NCBI RefSeq assembly: GCF_024521635.1
Contig: NW_026250403.1
Span: 2,418,001 to 2,482,000 of the forward strand
Length of the DNA: 64,000 nt
Direction: 5' to 3'
DNA from: Tricharina praecox
Taxonomy: Eukaryota
Positions 24,928-36,930 of the stretch are shown here, piece by piece (position 1 is the first letter of the stretch; every line of letters starts with the position of its first letter). Both the position numbers and the translations under genes were made by a program. Below the pieces are notes generated by a model. That model made no database searches. It was not told the origin of the DNA and saw only the letters and a program-made list of their open reading frames with translations.

Positions 24928-25404
24928 CTAATCTACCCACAGACCGGGCATTTTATGCTCCGGTTCCTCCTGCTCCTCCTGCTCCTCCTCCACCTCCTCC
25001 TCTCCTCCAGCACCTACTTTGACCCAGATGCTCTCGGCCGCACGGCTGGGCGCATATCCCCCTTCGTTCTTCAACGGATCGAGCCGGAGGCTCTTGTCCT
25101 CCTCGGGGCCACCGTACTTCTCCCCGAGGTGTATGCAGCGGCCGAGGGCCCAGCGCAGCTGCTTCTGGCGCTCCTTGAGCTCGGCGCGCAACTTCTCGTT
25201 CTCGGCGATGCTGATGCGGTCGGCGATCTCGGAGTTGTGCAGCAGGGACTCGATCAGGCGCCGCGCTCGTAGCGACTTGGCGGGGGCGGACGGCGGACGC
25301 TCTGGGAGCGGGGCGCGCGTGCTGGCCATATTAGCCTGGGTGGCGCTGGTAGCCGCGGTGGTGCTGGGTGTCTTCTCCGCCTTCGGCTGCGGCTTCTTGG
25401 TCAT
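24928..25404 (-). CDS. Orphan coiled-coil protein, paralog 1 (ancestral 5' end disabled)
   Basis: 158-aa ORF; the core ARRLIESLLHNSEIADRISIAENEKLRAELKERQKQLRWALGRC aligns with 37751-38077. C-terminus KMPGLWVD. Confidence 0.6.
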   Translation of the reverse strand: MTKKPQPKAEKTPSTTAATSATQANMASTRAPLPERPPSAPAKSLRARRLIESLLHNSEIADRISIAENEKLRAELKERQKQLRWALGRCIHLGEKYGGPEEDKSLRLDPLKNEGGYAPSRAAESIWVKVGAGGEEEVEEEQEEQEEPEHKMPGLWVD

Positions 25405-26089
25405 GCCCGAGGGCTGCAGAAGTTTGGGTGGCGAGGGGGTCGAGGGGCGCGGTCTTGGTGGGGGGCTAGGGCGACATGGTTTATTGGTATTTCTGTTGTC
25501 GTTATTGTTATTATTGTCGCTTGTGTGAAGAGTTGTTGTTGGTAATGTGTTCGCTGGATGGATGGTGGGAAGGGAAGGAAAGGAAAGACGGGAGCTGTGG
25601 CTTGGTGGGTTGGTTGGTAGAAAAGATGAGCTCTGAGGGCTGGTGGAGCGATTAAAGCATTTCAGTCTTGCGAAAGTGGGATACCTCCTCCCGCGCTAGC
25701 GTGAAGAAATTATCGCCAAAATCCACCTTTGCCGCGATTGTCGGATTACTGCTAACCATAAATCATCACTCGGTACGTTCTCCGGCGCAGTTGAAGTGGC
25801 AAATTTGGGTCCAGGAGCTACTGGTACAAGAAATAGAGAGAGAGAAAGAAAACCGAACTTGGACCCGCTACCGCACCGAATGTTCCGAGCACCTACCACC
25901 GGTCCTCTGAACGGCTGGTGGACCCACACTCATCACACACGTCTTTATTCCTCCCCTCCCTCGACGATGAAGTTCATCGTATGTATGTAGGGGTCCTCAG
26001 CTCCACAGCCGGCAACGCAATTGAGGCGTATCACGTGATTCGCATTAATACTACCGAGTGATATCTACCTAGTGCTCCCTCCGTCACGC

Positions 26090-26252
26090 CAAAAACAAAA
26101 ACCGTCACCACCCACGGCGGTGGGTGGCTTGGAAACCCCAAGAGCTGAATACAAAGATCTTTCACCTGGGTTGAACCCAGAACCTTCCATCAGCTCCCCT
26201 CGCCGATTGCGTGGTCTAATGGTTTAGGCCACGCGGGTTTTTTTCCGTGCCG
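26090..26252 (-). mobile_element. tRNA-derived SINE-like/Pol III element
   Basis: Reverse complement of 36931-37093; B-box GGTTCAACCC within a CTGGG/CCCAG stem; T-run terminator. Confidence 0.55.
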
Positions 26253-26825
26253 GAAACATGAATTTGATGTTTATAAGGTAGTGGGTGCCCCGCCTTTGCA
26301 AGTGCTTTGCTTGCACTGAGCAGATCATAATTGAACCTCTCGCCTTACAAACGGCCAAGCAGAGCACCTACTCTACTCCAGCGTCCACTCGGAGGGAATC
26401 ACAATGACGTGCCGGTATCGCAGCCACCGCCTGCGCGATTCTTGAACTGCCCAACTGCCCGGTTTGTGCTTGCCGCCCAGGCTTCTTTCTGTATATTTGC
26501 TGTGTGGAGTCCAATTCGTCACACTCCCACTCCACCTCTCAATCAACTTACTTGGGCATTGCGTTGATTCATTATTCGGCGAGGTCAGTCGCTTAAGATC
26601 ACCTGAGGAGATGGCATTCGGACGTGGTCATTTCCAGCGCTTGTGTTTTCGAAAGCACTTGGGACTTTGGCAGTCGGTTCAATGAAGCCTCTGACCACGA
26701 TCCTGGATGCGCAAGAAATACAGACACAGAGGATTGGATGAAAGGCTAGTTTTGGGCCAATAGTCAGGAATTTGGGTTGAATATCTCAACACGCAGATTA
26801 AATTCCTCATCCATGATATCTTGTT

Positions 26826-27809
26826 CTACACGGCCTTGTTCGCCATCCCCGAAACGTCCGTGTAAACATCGAACCTCCTCTGCGTCCCGACCGGGATCCC
26901 GCTCCTCACCTCCGCGATCCTCTCGGGCATCAACTCGACCATCACCGTCTCCTCCCCGGGCCCCGCCTTCTCCATGACCAATCCGTTCGGGTCAACAACC
27001 ATACTCTCGCCCCACGCCACATATCCCGTTCCTTCCAGCTCCCTGGCCGGCGAGCACATCGCAACCCACACCTGATTATCGACGGCCCTCGCCCTAGCCA
27101 ATAACTCCCAATGCAGCGGCCCGGTGGTCATATTGAACGCGCCGGGGTAAACCATGGCGAACGCGCCCCTCCTCGCCGCGATCATTGCCATCTCGGGAAA
27201 GCGCACGTCGTAGCAGATGCCAACACCGACCTTTCCGTAGGGGGTTTCGACGAGCGTCAGCGCGTCGCCCGCGGTCAGCACCTCCGACTCGCGGAAAGTG
27301 ATTTTGCCCGGGATGTCGATATCGAATAGGTGGACCTTCCTGTGCTTTGCGAGCAGCGCGCCGGTTGGGGAGAAGATCAGCGAGGTGTTGTACAGCTTCT
27401 CGGTCGCCGGCTCCAGCTCGGGGATCGAGCCCGCGATCAGGTGGATCGAGTGCTCCTTCGACAGCGCCGAGAGGTGGTTGTAGCTCTGCGATTCGCTCCG
27501 TGCGCTCGCGCTCGCCGCCGTCTCGAGTGATGGCAGTGCCTCGGCGTACTTGGGGAAGTGCTCGCAACCGTACGGCGAGTTGAAGCATTCCGGCAGGACC
27601 ACGATGTTGGCGCCCGCCTTTGCGGCCTGGGCGACTTTTTCCGAGGCACGAGTGAGGTTCGCGGTTTTGTCGCTGCCTAGGGTTCTTGCATTGCCGGGTT
27701 AGAGCCGAGTGTGGGGAGACATGGAATGGGATGAAAGGTTACCCGTTTTGAGCTGGATCAGGGCCAGCTTGACTGGCTTCAAGAGAGGGTTGGGCGGTGC
27801 CGTCGACAT
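26826..27809 (-). CDS. NIT3: Omega-amidase (nitrilase family, NIT2/yeast Nit3); intron 27742-27677
   Basis: LPECFNSPYG, KHRKVHLFDIDIPGKITFRESEVL, GICYDVRFPE (E-K-C triad), PGAFNMTTGPLHWELLARARAVDNQ. Confidence 0.93.
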
Positions 27810-28249
27810 TTTTGTGCTGGTGAATAGTAGGGATGAGGTGGTTGTGAGGAGTCGGCGGATCATGGGGGGAATCGAAGAGAGATTGTGGAACTCCGGTAGC
27901 TAAGCTGTGGTTATGGTGATAAAGGTCCGGGGTCGGAGTTTCAACAGCGGGGTAACGTCATAGTTGGTCTTGGCCAAAGTGATCGATTGTGAAGACATTC
28001 TAACCATTCTTAGCTACAACTATATAGAAAACAAAGTACTCCAGACACCCCTACAGATGACCCCATTCCGAACGCTCCATGTACAAAAGAAACCTCTCGC
28101 CGCTGTAGAAGCAAGATGTAGAAAATAAGTAGATGCGAAAAAATATCCCTGCCGGGGAAAGAAAGAAGAAAAACATTTACTCCAAAGCTCCCCCAATCTG
28201 CTAAGCCCACCCACCGAAACAAAACACAATGCCCAACAACAGTATCTAA

Positions 28250-30070
28250 TCAGTGGGATGAGGAGGTAATGCTGAACCGCCTCGAACCACTCCCAGTACT
28301 CCTCTTACTCTTCAAGCCACTTGAATAGCTAAGCTTCCGCAGCTTCTCCTCCAAGCTCCCAGGCTTCACCTCCGCAAAGCTCAAGCCCAAAGCGTCCTCG
28401 CTCACAGGCGAGCTCTGTCCGAAATATTCCTCTGTCCATCCCGGAAAGTTCTCTTCGCCCTCCACGACGACGGTGTGCATGCCGCAATGCGGGAGTTCCT
28501 CGTCGGTTATCCCCAGCACGAGCTTGTACAATTCCTTCTCGATGCGCCGCGCAGTGGGCCTAAGTACGGGATCCCGCTGTAGCATATCCCGGCAGACGTT
28601 GAGACAGCCCAGGAGCACGTTGTCGTGTTTGTCTTTCGCCCGCTTCTCGATGCTGTCGAGCCAGCTGTCGACCTGGCCCATGTTGGCGTGGAAACTCGCA
28701 TCCGGAGGCGCCGATTCCCTGGGTCGTCGGTTCTTGCACGAGCGGTGCGAGGCAAAGGCCGAGCTCTTGCGCTTGATATAAAATGTGAGGATTTCAACGT
28801 GGATGCATGCCAGAGAGAATACGTCGCTGTTCCAGTAGTCGACTTTTGTGGGGCTCCTCCATGTTCCGACGTGAACCGATTTCTCGAAGACCGGGGAGGA
28901 GGGCGGCGATTCCTGCGACGAATCGGATGGACGGCGGTCGGTTGGACGGTAACGCACTCGATTCCTCCCGGAGATGGTAACACCTTGGGACTGTGTTGTT
29001 TCGTGGCATGACATCTTCCGCTTCCAGAGCTCGGGCGCGCCATACTCGTAGCGTTCAACGTCCGTGACGGCCTGGGAAGCTTTAGGATCGAACGACTTGG
29101 AATTGCCGATATCGGCAAGATAGATCTTGTTTGAACCGTCGACAATGATCCCGGAAGGTTTGATGTCCCCGTGGGCAAGCCCTTCTTCGTGAAGGTAGGC
29201 AAGGGCTTCCGAGAGGCAGTGCATCCAGTCAATCAGAAGCAGTTTCCGGCGGTCTTTGGAAAGCGACTTGTACGTGCTCGGAGGGTACTGAATAAACGCT
29301 TTAAGGCTCTGGTCGACCGTCGGAGAGAGGATGATGTAGCCAAGGTCGTGCTGGGTGTAGGTTGCATAGATGGCGCCGATGTGAGGATGTGTTATGGAAC
29401 TCATGGCTCGGATCTCGTCCATGAATGCCTCGATCGAGATGTGAGTGGAGGATGCTTCCTCAGCGATGGGTACTCGCCGCCGGGAGTAGTAGATGTCTCG
29501 CCGCCGTGGGAGGTAAACCTTTTCGATTGCCGACTGCGACCTCGCAGCTGGGATGCGGTTGAAGATGACTTCCAAGGGGACAATCTCGTCCTCGCTGTAA
29601 TCCACATGCGTTCCCGGCTCGAGGTCCCGGACCATAAACAACTGCTGTTTCTTGGAGAACTTTTTTTCCATCCCGGGTCCCAGTGTTAGCTGTGCTAGAC
29701 TCTCCTGAGAAAGCGGCAGATCGTCGTCATCCCAGGACCCATCGATCAGGTCGAAGATCTTCTCCGGACAGCCGATTTCTCCAAGTAACAAGAACAGTTT
29801 CTTCGTCTTCTTGACGATCCACTCTCCGTAGGTGCATTCGGTCAATCCTTCGCCAAATTTCAACTGGTCATCCAGTCGTTTCCGTAGGGAGGAGTCGGGT
29901 ATCTGCCGACGGATGTAACCGTGTGTTACTGTTGTGGCGATCTTCTCGTCGTCCCAGAAAGTGGACGTCAACACCACCGGCTGGGGTAGCCCCGAGTTTC
30001 CCGTGTATCCGCCATACATTGCTGAAAACAAATCGTATCTCTGAGTGTCGATGTTCCCAAGCTGTGCCAT
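28250..30070 (-). CDS. Fungal protein kinase-like protein, probably a pseudokinase
   Basis: 606-aa ORF with HPHI, LAYLHEEGLAHGDIKPSG, LADIG, YGAPE, SDVFSLACI, DPVLRPTA. Confidence 0.88.
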   Translation of the reverse strand: MAQLGNIDTQRYDLFSAMYGGYTGNSGLPQPVVLTSTFWDDEKIATTVTHGYIRRQIPDSSLRKRLDDQLKFGEGLTECTYGEWIVKKTKKLFLLLGEIGCPEKIFDLIDGSWDDDDLPLSQESLAQLTLGPGMEKKFSKKQQLFMVRDLEPGTHVDYSEDEIVPLEVIFNRIPAARSQSAIEKVYLPRRRDIYYSRRRVPIAEEASSTHISIEAFMDEIRAMSSITHPHIGAIYATYTQHDLGYIILSPTVDQSLKAFIQYPPSTYKSLSKDRRKLLLIDWMHCLSEALAYLHEEGLAHGDIKPSGIIVDGSNKIYLADIGNSKSFDPKASQAVTDVERYEYGAPELWKRKMSCHETTQSQGVTISGRNRVRYRPTDRRPSDSSQESPPSSPVFEKSVHVGTWRSPTKVDYWNSDVFSLACIHVEILTFYIKRKSSAFASHRSCKNRRPRESAPPDASFHANMGQVDSWLDSIEKRAKDKHDNVLLGCLNVCRDMLQRDPVLRPTARRIEKELYKLVLGITDEELPHCGMHTVVVEGEENFPGWTEEYFGQSSPVSEDALGLSFAEVKPGSLEEKLRKLSYSSGLKSKRSTGSGSRRFSITSSSH

Positions 30071-33000
30071 AGGGTTTCGATGTAGGATGAGGAAGTGGGG
30101 GAGGGCGGGGGGGCCAGGGTCGTGACTCGTGAGGGCCGGGCTGTTATAATAATAAGGACACTGCCTGCGTAGATATTGATATCTATCTATCGGGTGGATC
30201 CGTCACGCGCTTGAACACAAGCGCCACGCCGATAAATATCCGTAGATGACGGTTTACAAGGGATGGTCGCCGGCTAGGTCTCCGAAACCGGAGTGGTCAT
30301 TCAACAAGTGCTGATAGTCCTCTGGTAGTAGTGGTGTTAGTAGATCCCGGAAAGATGTGCAGCCCTATCTTGCGGCTCACCTCTTGAGCCGAGGAATGGA
30401 TGACGCGAGGGAGGGGGCGTCTTCGGCTGGTTCGTATTGAAAGTGAGGTTGATGAGCGAGGTGAATCGTCTGTGATTGATGCTTCGATTGTGCAAACCAG
30501 AAGAAGGGAAGCAGCAGCAGCAGACAGTCCAGAATATACGGGGTATGTAGTAAAAAGCACGGACTCAATCCTCCGTGCAGAGGCCGGCCGACGGTTGATA
30601 TTTGGCAGAGCATAGAACCACCTACTAGCCCGCCGGGCACATGCCTGACGGATTCCGTACATGTGTTGTGCGGTGATCCGCGATAAGAACGTTCCTGTCA
30701 GAGCGCCAATACAACAGGCTGGATACCTACTCTATGGTTACGGACGGGGTTACAGGGATGGAGTATTATTTCGAACTCTGGAGTTTGGAGTATTTACTGA
30801 AGCTGATAGGTTGACAAGTACACTGACCATCACAGCCCCTTCCACTTCCGGTTCCCAACACGAGCCTATCACGACCGGAATCCCATAGTAGAATAAAGTA
30901 GAGCCCCGAATGCGATTGCTTTGTTTTTGTTTTCTTTTTGATATGCTGAGACCCTGGGGAATGAGGGGTATGCAAGTAGGAACGGCTCACTAACGCAATG
31001 GCCGGTTTCGTTGTGTCCAGACTTCAGCTTGCCATTTCACTGCGAGTCATCAGCCATCACATCGCATCTCACCCGCGTAGAGCACAGTACGGGCCTCCCC
31101 TCCCCCAATAAGGTTCCGTCGATTCCCCCGCCAAGAGGGCTTTGAGTGACCGTAATCCCGGGAATTCGGTGTCCCCCCTCAGATGCCCCCCTTAGATCCC
31201 CCTCCCCCCACACCAGCTCAGCCGACTATGTTTACACGGCGGTATTGGCATCTGGAGCCCCCCCCACAATATGGACACAGTATAGGTAGGCAGCCAGACT
31301 GCGATCGACGAGCCTGGGTGCCCGGTGATAGGGGAAACCGAAGCTGGCGATTGGCTCCGATTTGATTCCGATTCATCCGAACCATATCGTGGTTCATGCT
31401 CCATTTTCCCAGGCAGTGAATGGTAGGTAGGCAAACCTGGTAACTAACGGGCCACCACGGCGGTAGGAAAACGGCAGTTTGGATGGGCGCGTACCAGGCA
31501 GAAACCAGAGCAGCCAGGAGTCGCGGGCGGGCGGGGGGCCCATGTACCGGTAGATACCGTACCGTCCTCGAGGACCGTATGTATGTGCTCTGCGTATATA
31601 GGCATTCGAGAATGTCCGTTCTCGTATTTCGGTATATAGTAGATAGTACGGTATACTCGGTAAGTAGAGTCTCTAAATTCAGTTTGTCAAAAGTCTTTCT
31701 CAATAGATTGCTGGGGGGTGGGGGGAGTTGGGCCGGGAAAGCGTGGGGTAAGAGTAGAGTAGATACACACATACAAGCACGAACCCTGAGGACGGCCATG
31801 GAGGGTTGCTCGCTCGCTTGCTTACTTGCTTATCTCTGTGTCGCCACCCAGAACCAGTAACTAAGGCGGCCGAGTTCGCCTACTACTCTACTAGTAGTCG
31901 GCGACGTCCTACGGTGGAGATTTGGGTGAAGGTGAAGAGTTGGGGCGCAGTCGAAAAGAAGAAGAGAAGCTTTGAAACCTGCTGTGGGAGGTGGGAGTGT
32001 GCGACTGCTGACTTAACGATGAATGACGAGGCGCTTTGGGGTATGGACAGTGGACAGCCGTGTCGCGTGGCGCGTGGCGCGAAGGTTGTTTACGGCATCT
32101 TCCCTTTCTCCGAGGAAATACGGTTCCTAGCGATAATTATCATACATTAACTGCGACGTCCCCCCCAGAAGATATCTCTTCGACGTGCATGACTGAAGCG
32201 AGTTGTTTGGATCCCATATCGATCGATAACCACCTATTGCGAACATTCCATCTCTCTTCTACATACAACCGACGACTCCCCTCCGACAGCCAGGCCAGCC
32301 AGCCAGCCAACGCGAATGAGCCGTGATGTCTACATAACGAACAGCTAACCAAGTACCTATCTATAATCTACATACCTATTCCAGCTGCGGACTCGCAGCC
32401 AAGCCACGCACCTCCGACTTCGCCGAACAGAACAACCAGTGGCACTAGCAACAGAACCGCATTATGCATTGCAGCTCACACAGTGGAAGAAGAAGCAGAA
32501 GAAGAATAAGAAGAAAGAGGAGAAGAAGGAGAAGAAGCAGAAGGAGGGGAAGAAGGAGAAGGAGGAGATCGAAGCCCTCAAAGCAGAGTGCAGTGGGAAA
32601 TATGATACGGGCGAGACCATATTTACGTAGGTATGCACACAGAGGGAACCGGGCATACTTGCTTGCTTTCCTCTGATATCGTTCCATCTTTCGGATTGCG
32701 ACCTCACAACGTCGTATCATATCGTATCAGAATTCTCACCACTTCACCGGCGGCGATCCAGGATGACATCGTCATTACCGGCGTCGGCCACCATTCCGAT
32801 ACTATGTATGATATGCACATAAGTACTTCCGTAGTTCTGGTCTAATTCGCTCTTCATATCTAGGTAGATAGGCGGCAGGTACCGGTACGTACGTACTATA
32901 CACATATAGCCCCGTGAATCGTGATGGCCCAGGCTCTCTGCTACCGAATTCCTGGCAGAGTTCTCGGGCTTTCCGCGTGGTTCCGTCCGAGGGGCCGAAA

Positions 33001-34644
33001 CAAACTCAGGACGGAGCGCGAGGCTGTATGTACCAGTATGTACAGTACATACATCATATGTGAATCCCGGATTCCCCACGTAGAACAGATGCACGTTTTC
33101 GTGGGGAAAAGCCGGCCGGTCGGCCATGCAGGGTGCAACTAAAGCTCGACTACTCTACTCTACTAGTTAGTACCTAGTGCAGGCAAACCAGATTGTTGGA
33201 GTCAGCCTCCAGCCAATTCCCCAAGAAGGGAAAAAGCATTCAATCTTGCCGCGTATCAAGAGCTGGCTCTTGAGACGACGGCAGGTTCGATGGTCAATCC
33301 GTTCGAGAAATCTATCGTGACGTCCGCTGCCAAGAGAAACATCGGATCCAACCTCCGGTTGCATTGCGTTCGAACTTCGCAAGCCTCCTCGTCCGGCGGG
33401 CTGATTACATATCCCATGCATACAGTTATCCGCCAGGCATCATCACTCGTCCATCCAACGCGGCCGCACGGCCGGCCTCTAAATCCCGGAAGCTGCTCTA
33501 CTGGATTTAAGTGTGAGCTCCGCGAACTATATCGACTCTATTATAGACACAGCCCAATGCGGAAAAAACAAACCCTTTAAAACGCCAAAAAAAAACGCAG
33601 CACTCGTCCGCGAGCGAGCTGCACAGGGGAGGATTCCCCTTTTGTGAACCATGAGAGATAACTTTGGGGATGATCGCCGGCACCGTGGGAATAGGTATAT
33701 GCCATCCCACGCACGCTACTACCTAGTAGAGTAACCCCGATCCCACGGTACCGAACGAACATGTCCAGATAACGGAGTCGAAGCAAGTGAACCGCTCAAA
33801 AAAGAAACGCAGCTTGTGCTTTTTTTGTTTTTGTTTTTTGCTTCGGGATGGGCCGCGGCGGTGGAAAGGGTGCACCGCGAATCACCAGTCCGGCCGGTTG
33901 GATCATGGGGTATCACGCGAGAAGGTCGGGGAGATCCGCCGCCCACGACTAGTAGTAAAAACGAAAACTATTTCGAACCCAGTCGGAGGGGGCATGGGAG
34001 ATGGGGGTCTTCCGTGAGCTTGTCATCGGGCGGTTCATGTGTCGTGGCAGGACTGTGGATGGGAAAAAAGTACATATACACGCCGTCAGTCTTCCATAGG
34101 GCCGAATAGAGTAGGTACGAGCATGATCAAACCCCCCCACCGAAAAAGAAAAATGAAAGTAAAAAATGATTCAAGTACCGGTCAATACTCTACATATGGT
34201 CTTCATGAGCCGGCATACGTTGCGGACGGACGGGCGGATGGACGGGGTTCTGGAATCTAGATGCGCTTAACGTGTGTATTTTCGATTTTTCCAGAACCTG
34301 ACTGAAATTTTTTGATATCTCTCCCTTCTGCATGGTCCGCTGAACTCTACCCGCTCCCCTCCGAGCAAGACAAGACAATGGTTCCCGTCGAACCCGCCGC
34401 CGCCCTCCAATGCCTCCATATGCAAAAAATGCAGAAACCTCGAACCCAATCGAACACAGAGTAGGGGGCCGTCGGCCCCTTGCCAAGTCCCAGTTCCCTT
34501 TCCTCAGTGGTTATGTAGAACACGTGAGCACCGACGAGTGAGAGTATCAGCAAACGACGCGCGTAGATCCCAAACGCGCAGACTATGATCAGGGGAGGTG
34601 GCGAGGAAGTGTTGTTAGTTTGATCCCCAGGGTACACGTCTGGT

Positions 34645-35075
34645 TGACTCGTCGTCCACTGGAGGTACTGGCCGGTGAGACACTGTTCTGCTTCATCTGG
34701 TAGAACCTCGAATCCAGCCGCTTAGAGGCCATGATGGCCAGGAACGGGTCCGGTCTCTAGCTACATTTTCTGCCGAACCGGTACTTCTTGTTGGTGACTC
34801 GGGCGCCGGCCAATGCTTTGGCTTCTTTCCACTTGCTTTACGTGATGCCTCGCCTCAGGTATGCGAGTTACGGAGGTGGTAGCGGTCTGGTGCCTTCCAC
34901 TCCGTGAGCGATGGGGTTGCCAGCTGCCAGTTTGGTCCATTCGTCGGCCTTTTCGTTCCCGGGAACCCTTTTGTGTACCGGACACCATCTGGTCTCAATG
35001 GTGGGCTCCTGTACAGGGCTTGGCGACAAACCCATTGCCCATTGCCCACCATAACGCCGCACTGAGTGATTATTC
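34645..35075 (-). mobile_element. Degenerate Tad1-like LINE ORF2 3' fragment (RNase H and downstream region)
   Basis: TIETRWCPVHKRVPGNEKADEWTKLAA, followed by ASKRLDSRFYQMK..CLTGQYLQW with stops and frameshifts. Confidence 0.8.
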
Positions 35076-35425
35076 CTGTCACGCCACACGCCGCTCGACG
35101 AAGGTCGGAAAGATCAAGAGGTGATTATAATTCTATTATTGCTGAGCTGACAACACATAACCGTGACATAAAGCAAAAACAAAGTACGTTATTCCGTCTC
35201 ACACAACCCTTCAACATATAAAACCCTCAGACAGGCACATCCATGATCCCCGCCACTTGCTCGAATAGCCCAAAGACAAAACCTCCTGCCCCACTACTCC
35301 GAGAAAAAGTCATTGGAAACCCGAAAAGAAAAGTGGTAATCGTACAGAATGATTGTGGAGAAGGAAGGTCGAAGATGGAATCTGATCCGGCGCACTATCA
35401 TAGATACTAAGGGTCCGGCGAGCAC

Positions 35426-35615
35426 TTAGCAGATGGTGCACATGTGGTCTATTAGAGTATCGGTCGTCAGCTACTATTGAAATTTGATCGGGACTATTGA
35501 GGGAGGGAGGGATGAGAGGTAACTAACAGTGGGCCTTGGGGTTTTCATTGTTAACGGGAGTGTTGGATTCCTCGGAGGCAGCAGCAGTGGAGACGATTTG
35601 GATGGATGGCTGCAT
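35426..35615 (-). CDS. a-factor-like CAAX pheromone precursor, copy C: MQPSIQIVSTAAASEESNTPVNNENPKAHYHMCTIC (exons 35615-35528, 35448-35426)
   Basis: CAAAATG start; 79-nt intron GTTAGT...GCTGAC...TAG; 36 aa ending in CTIC*; TATAAA at 35737-35732. Confidence 0.88.
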
Positions 35616-36930
35616 TTTGATAATTGACTGAGCTAGGACAGCGAGGAAAGTGTTGTGAGTGGTTTGTAATGGTCTTGAAGGCGGATTGCTGGCTGGATGA
35701 GGATCTAGAAACCAGGAGGATAAGCTCGTCCTTTATACCCAATTTTACTCTATCCAGACCTATCCAGACGAAGCTTAAAGCGTTTCTAGGCTTGGCCAAC
35801 AGGTCATCGGCCAAAGGAAATCCTGTACTTTGGACCATATAGTGGCGGTCTGGCGGGCTTGGACTGTGGCGGGCATGAACTGTGGCGGGCTTGCGATTTT
35901 TGCCAATTGATGGTGCCGTTTCAAGTTGGCTAACAACCGCTCCACCAAAGGAAATCCGGTACATTGGGCCCATATGGCGGCGGTCTGGCGGGCTTCATAT
36001 GGAGACCCGCGCGGAAAACGGGGCGTGTATCTAACTTGGCGACTGTCCTCGAGAGAGAATCTGGATCGCTGAAATGAGCCCCCAAGGTCGAAATTCCTAG
36101 ACACTTCAATACGTCCTCTTTAGTTAGATGGTGTGGGATTCGGGGGATTCTATCCCTTCCTCACACCTGTCTAAAAGTCTCTCACACTAATTAACCGCGA
36201 CCAATACTGTTTTTTTCGAGCATCTAGTAAGCGAGTCAGGTGCTGTGATGCCCCGCATATGTGCACTTCATGCTCACTCACCATTGAGATCGGCGGTTGC
36301 AGCGGGAACGGAGACTGGGTTCAGTTACTAGTTATTGCGCATCGAAACTACCCCATTGTGCGATACATGCTTACCAATGACTAACTCCATAAGAATTCCG
36401 AATAGTCTGGCCCTTCTCGCAGCTCTTAAAGATCTCGAAGACTTCGGAGTGTTGACTGTTTTTGCAGTGGCGCATGATTGCAGTGGAGCTCGAGACCGAA
36501 TATTCTACCCGTCAAAAGGAGATAGGTAAGTGGCCGATGGATATACCAGTCAACTTTCAAGGGAGTGAAACGGGACTGAGGCCGTGAGAAAAAGCGGCGT
36601 AGACAATCTGAGGCTTCTAGATCTGCTATACAGTACATAATCTCATGTTACCATCCCGATTCCAGAATCAAATACTGTGCTTCATGTATGATGTATCATG
36701 TCTGTCAATGTACATATGTACATCGAACGTGACGAGGATACCGACGGCGACGAGCGAGCTTAGTTACCAGTAAAACACGCACGCAGATCCCAAAGGCGCA
36801 GAGGCTCTAAAAGGGCACAATTGCTCAACTGGCGTTGATAATATATGGCTTTCAAGAGCTCTTTCAACGCAGGCAGCGTTGTTGTGCTGGAGCCGCACGC
36901 ACCACTTTATAGACATCGAATTCATATCTC

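Larger units (their letters stand above)
24780..26280 (-). repeat. Inverted duplicate of ~36900-38215 (SINE-like element, orphan ORF and 3' flank)
   Basis: Reverse-complement similarity across the SINE-like element, the ORF and the 3' UTR (e.g. cccagtgggcagaattagccatctttattg). Confidence 0.85.
34300..36695 (-). repeat. Pheromone cassette copy C
   Basis: Direct repeat of copy A and inverted repeat of copy B. Confidence 0.92.

Noticed and set aside
32439-32630. Lys/Glu-rich 63-aa ORF
   Set aside because: Produced by an (AAG/GAG)n simple repeat with a GTG start; no other coding evidence.
11710-36695. RIP mutation of the duplicated cassettes
   Set aside because: Copies keep long identical tracts and normal GC content, with no obvious CpA-to-TpA excess by eye; not quantified.
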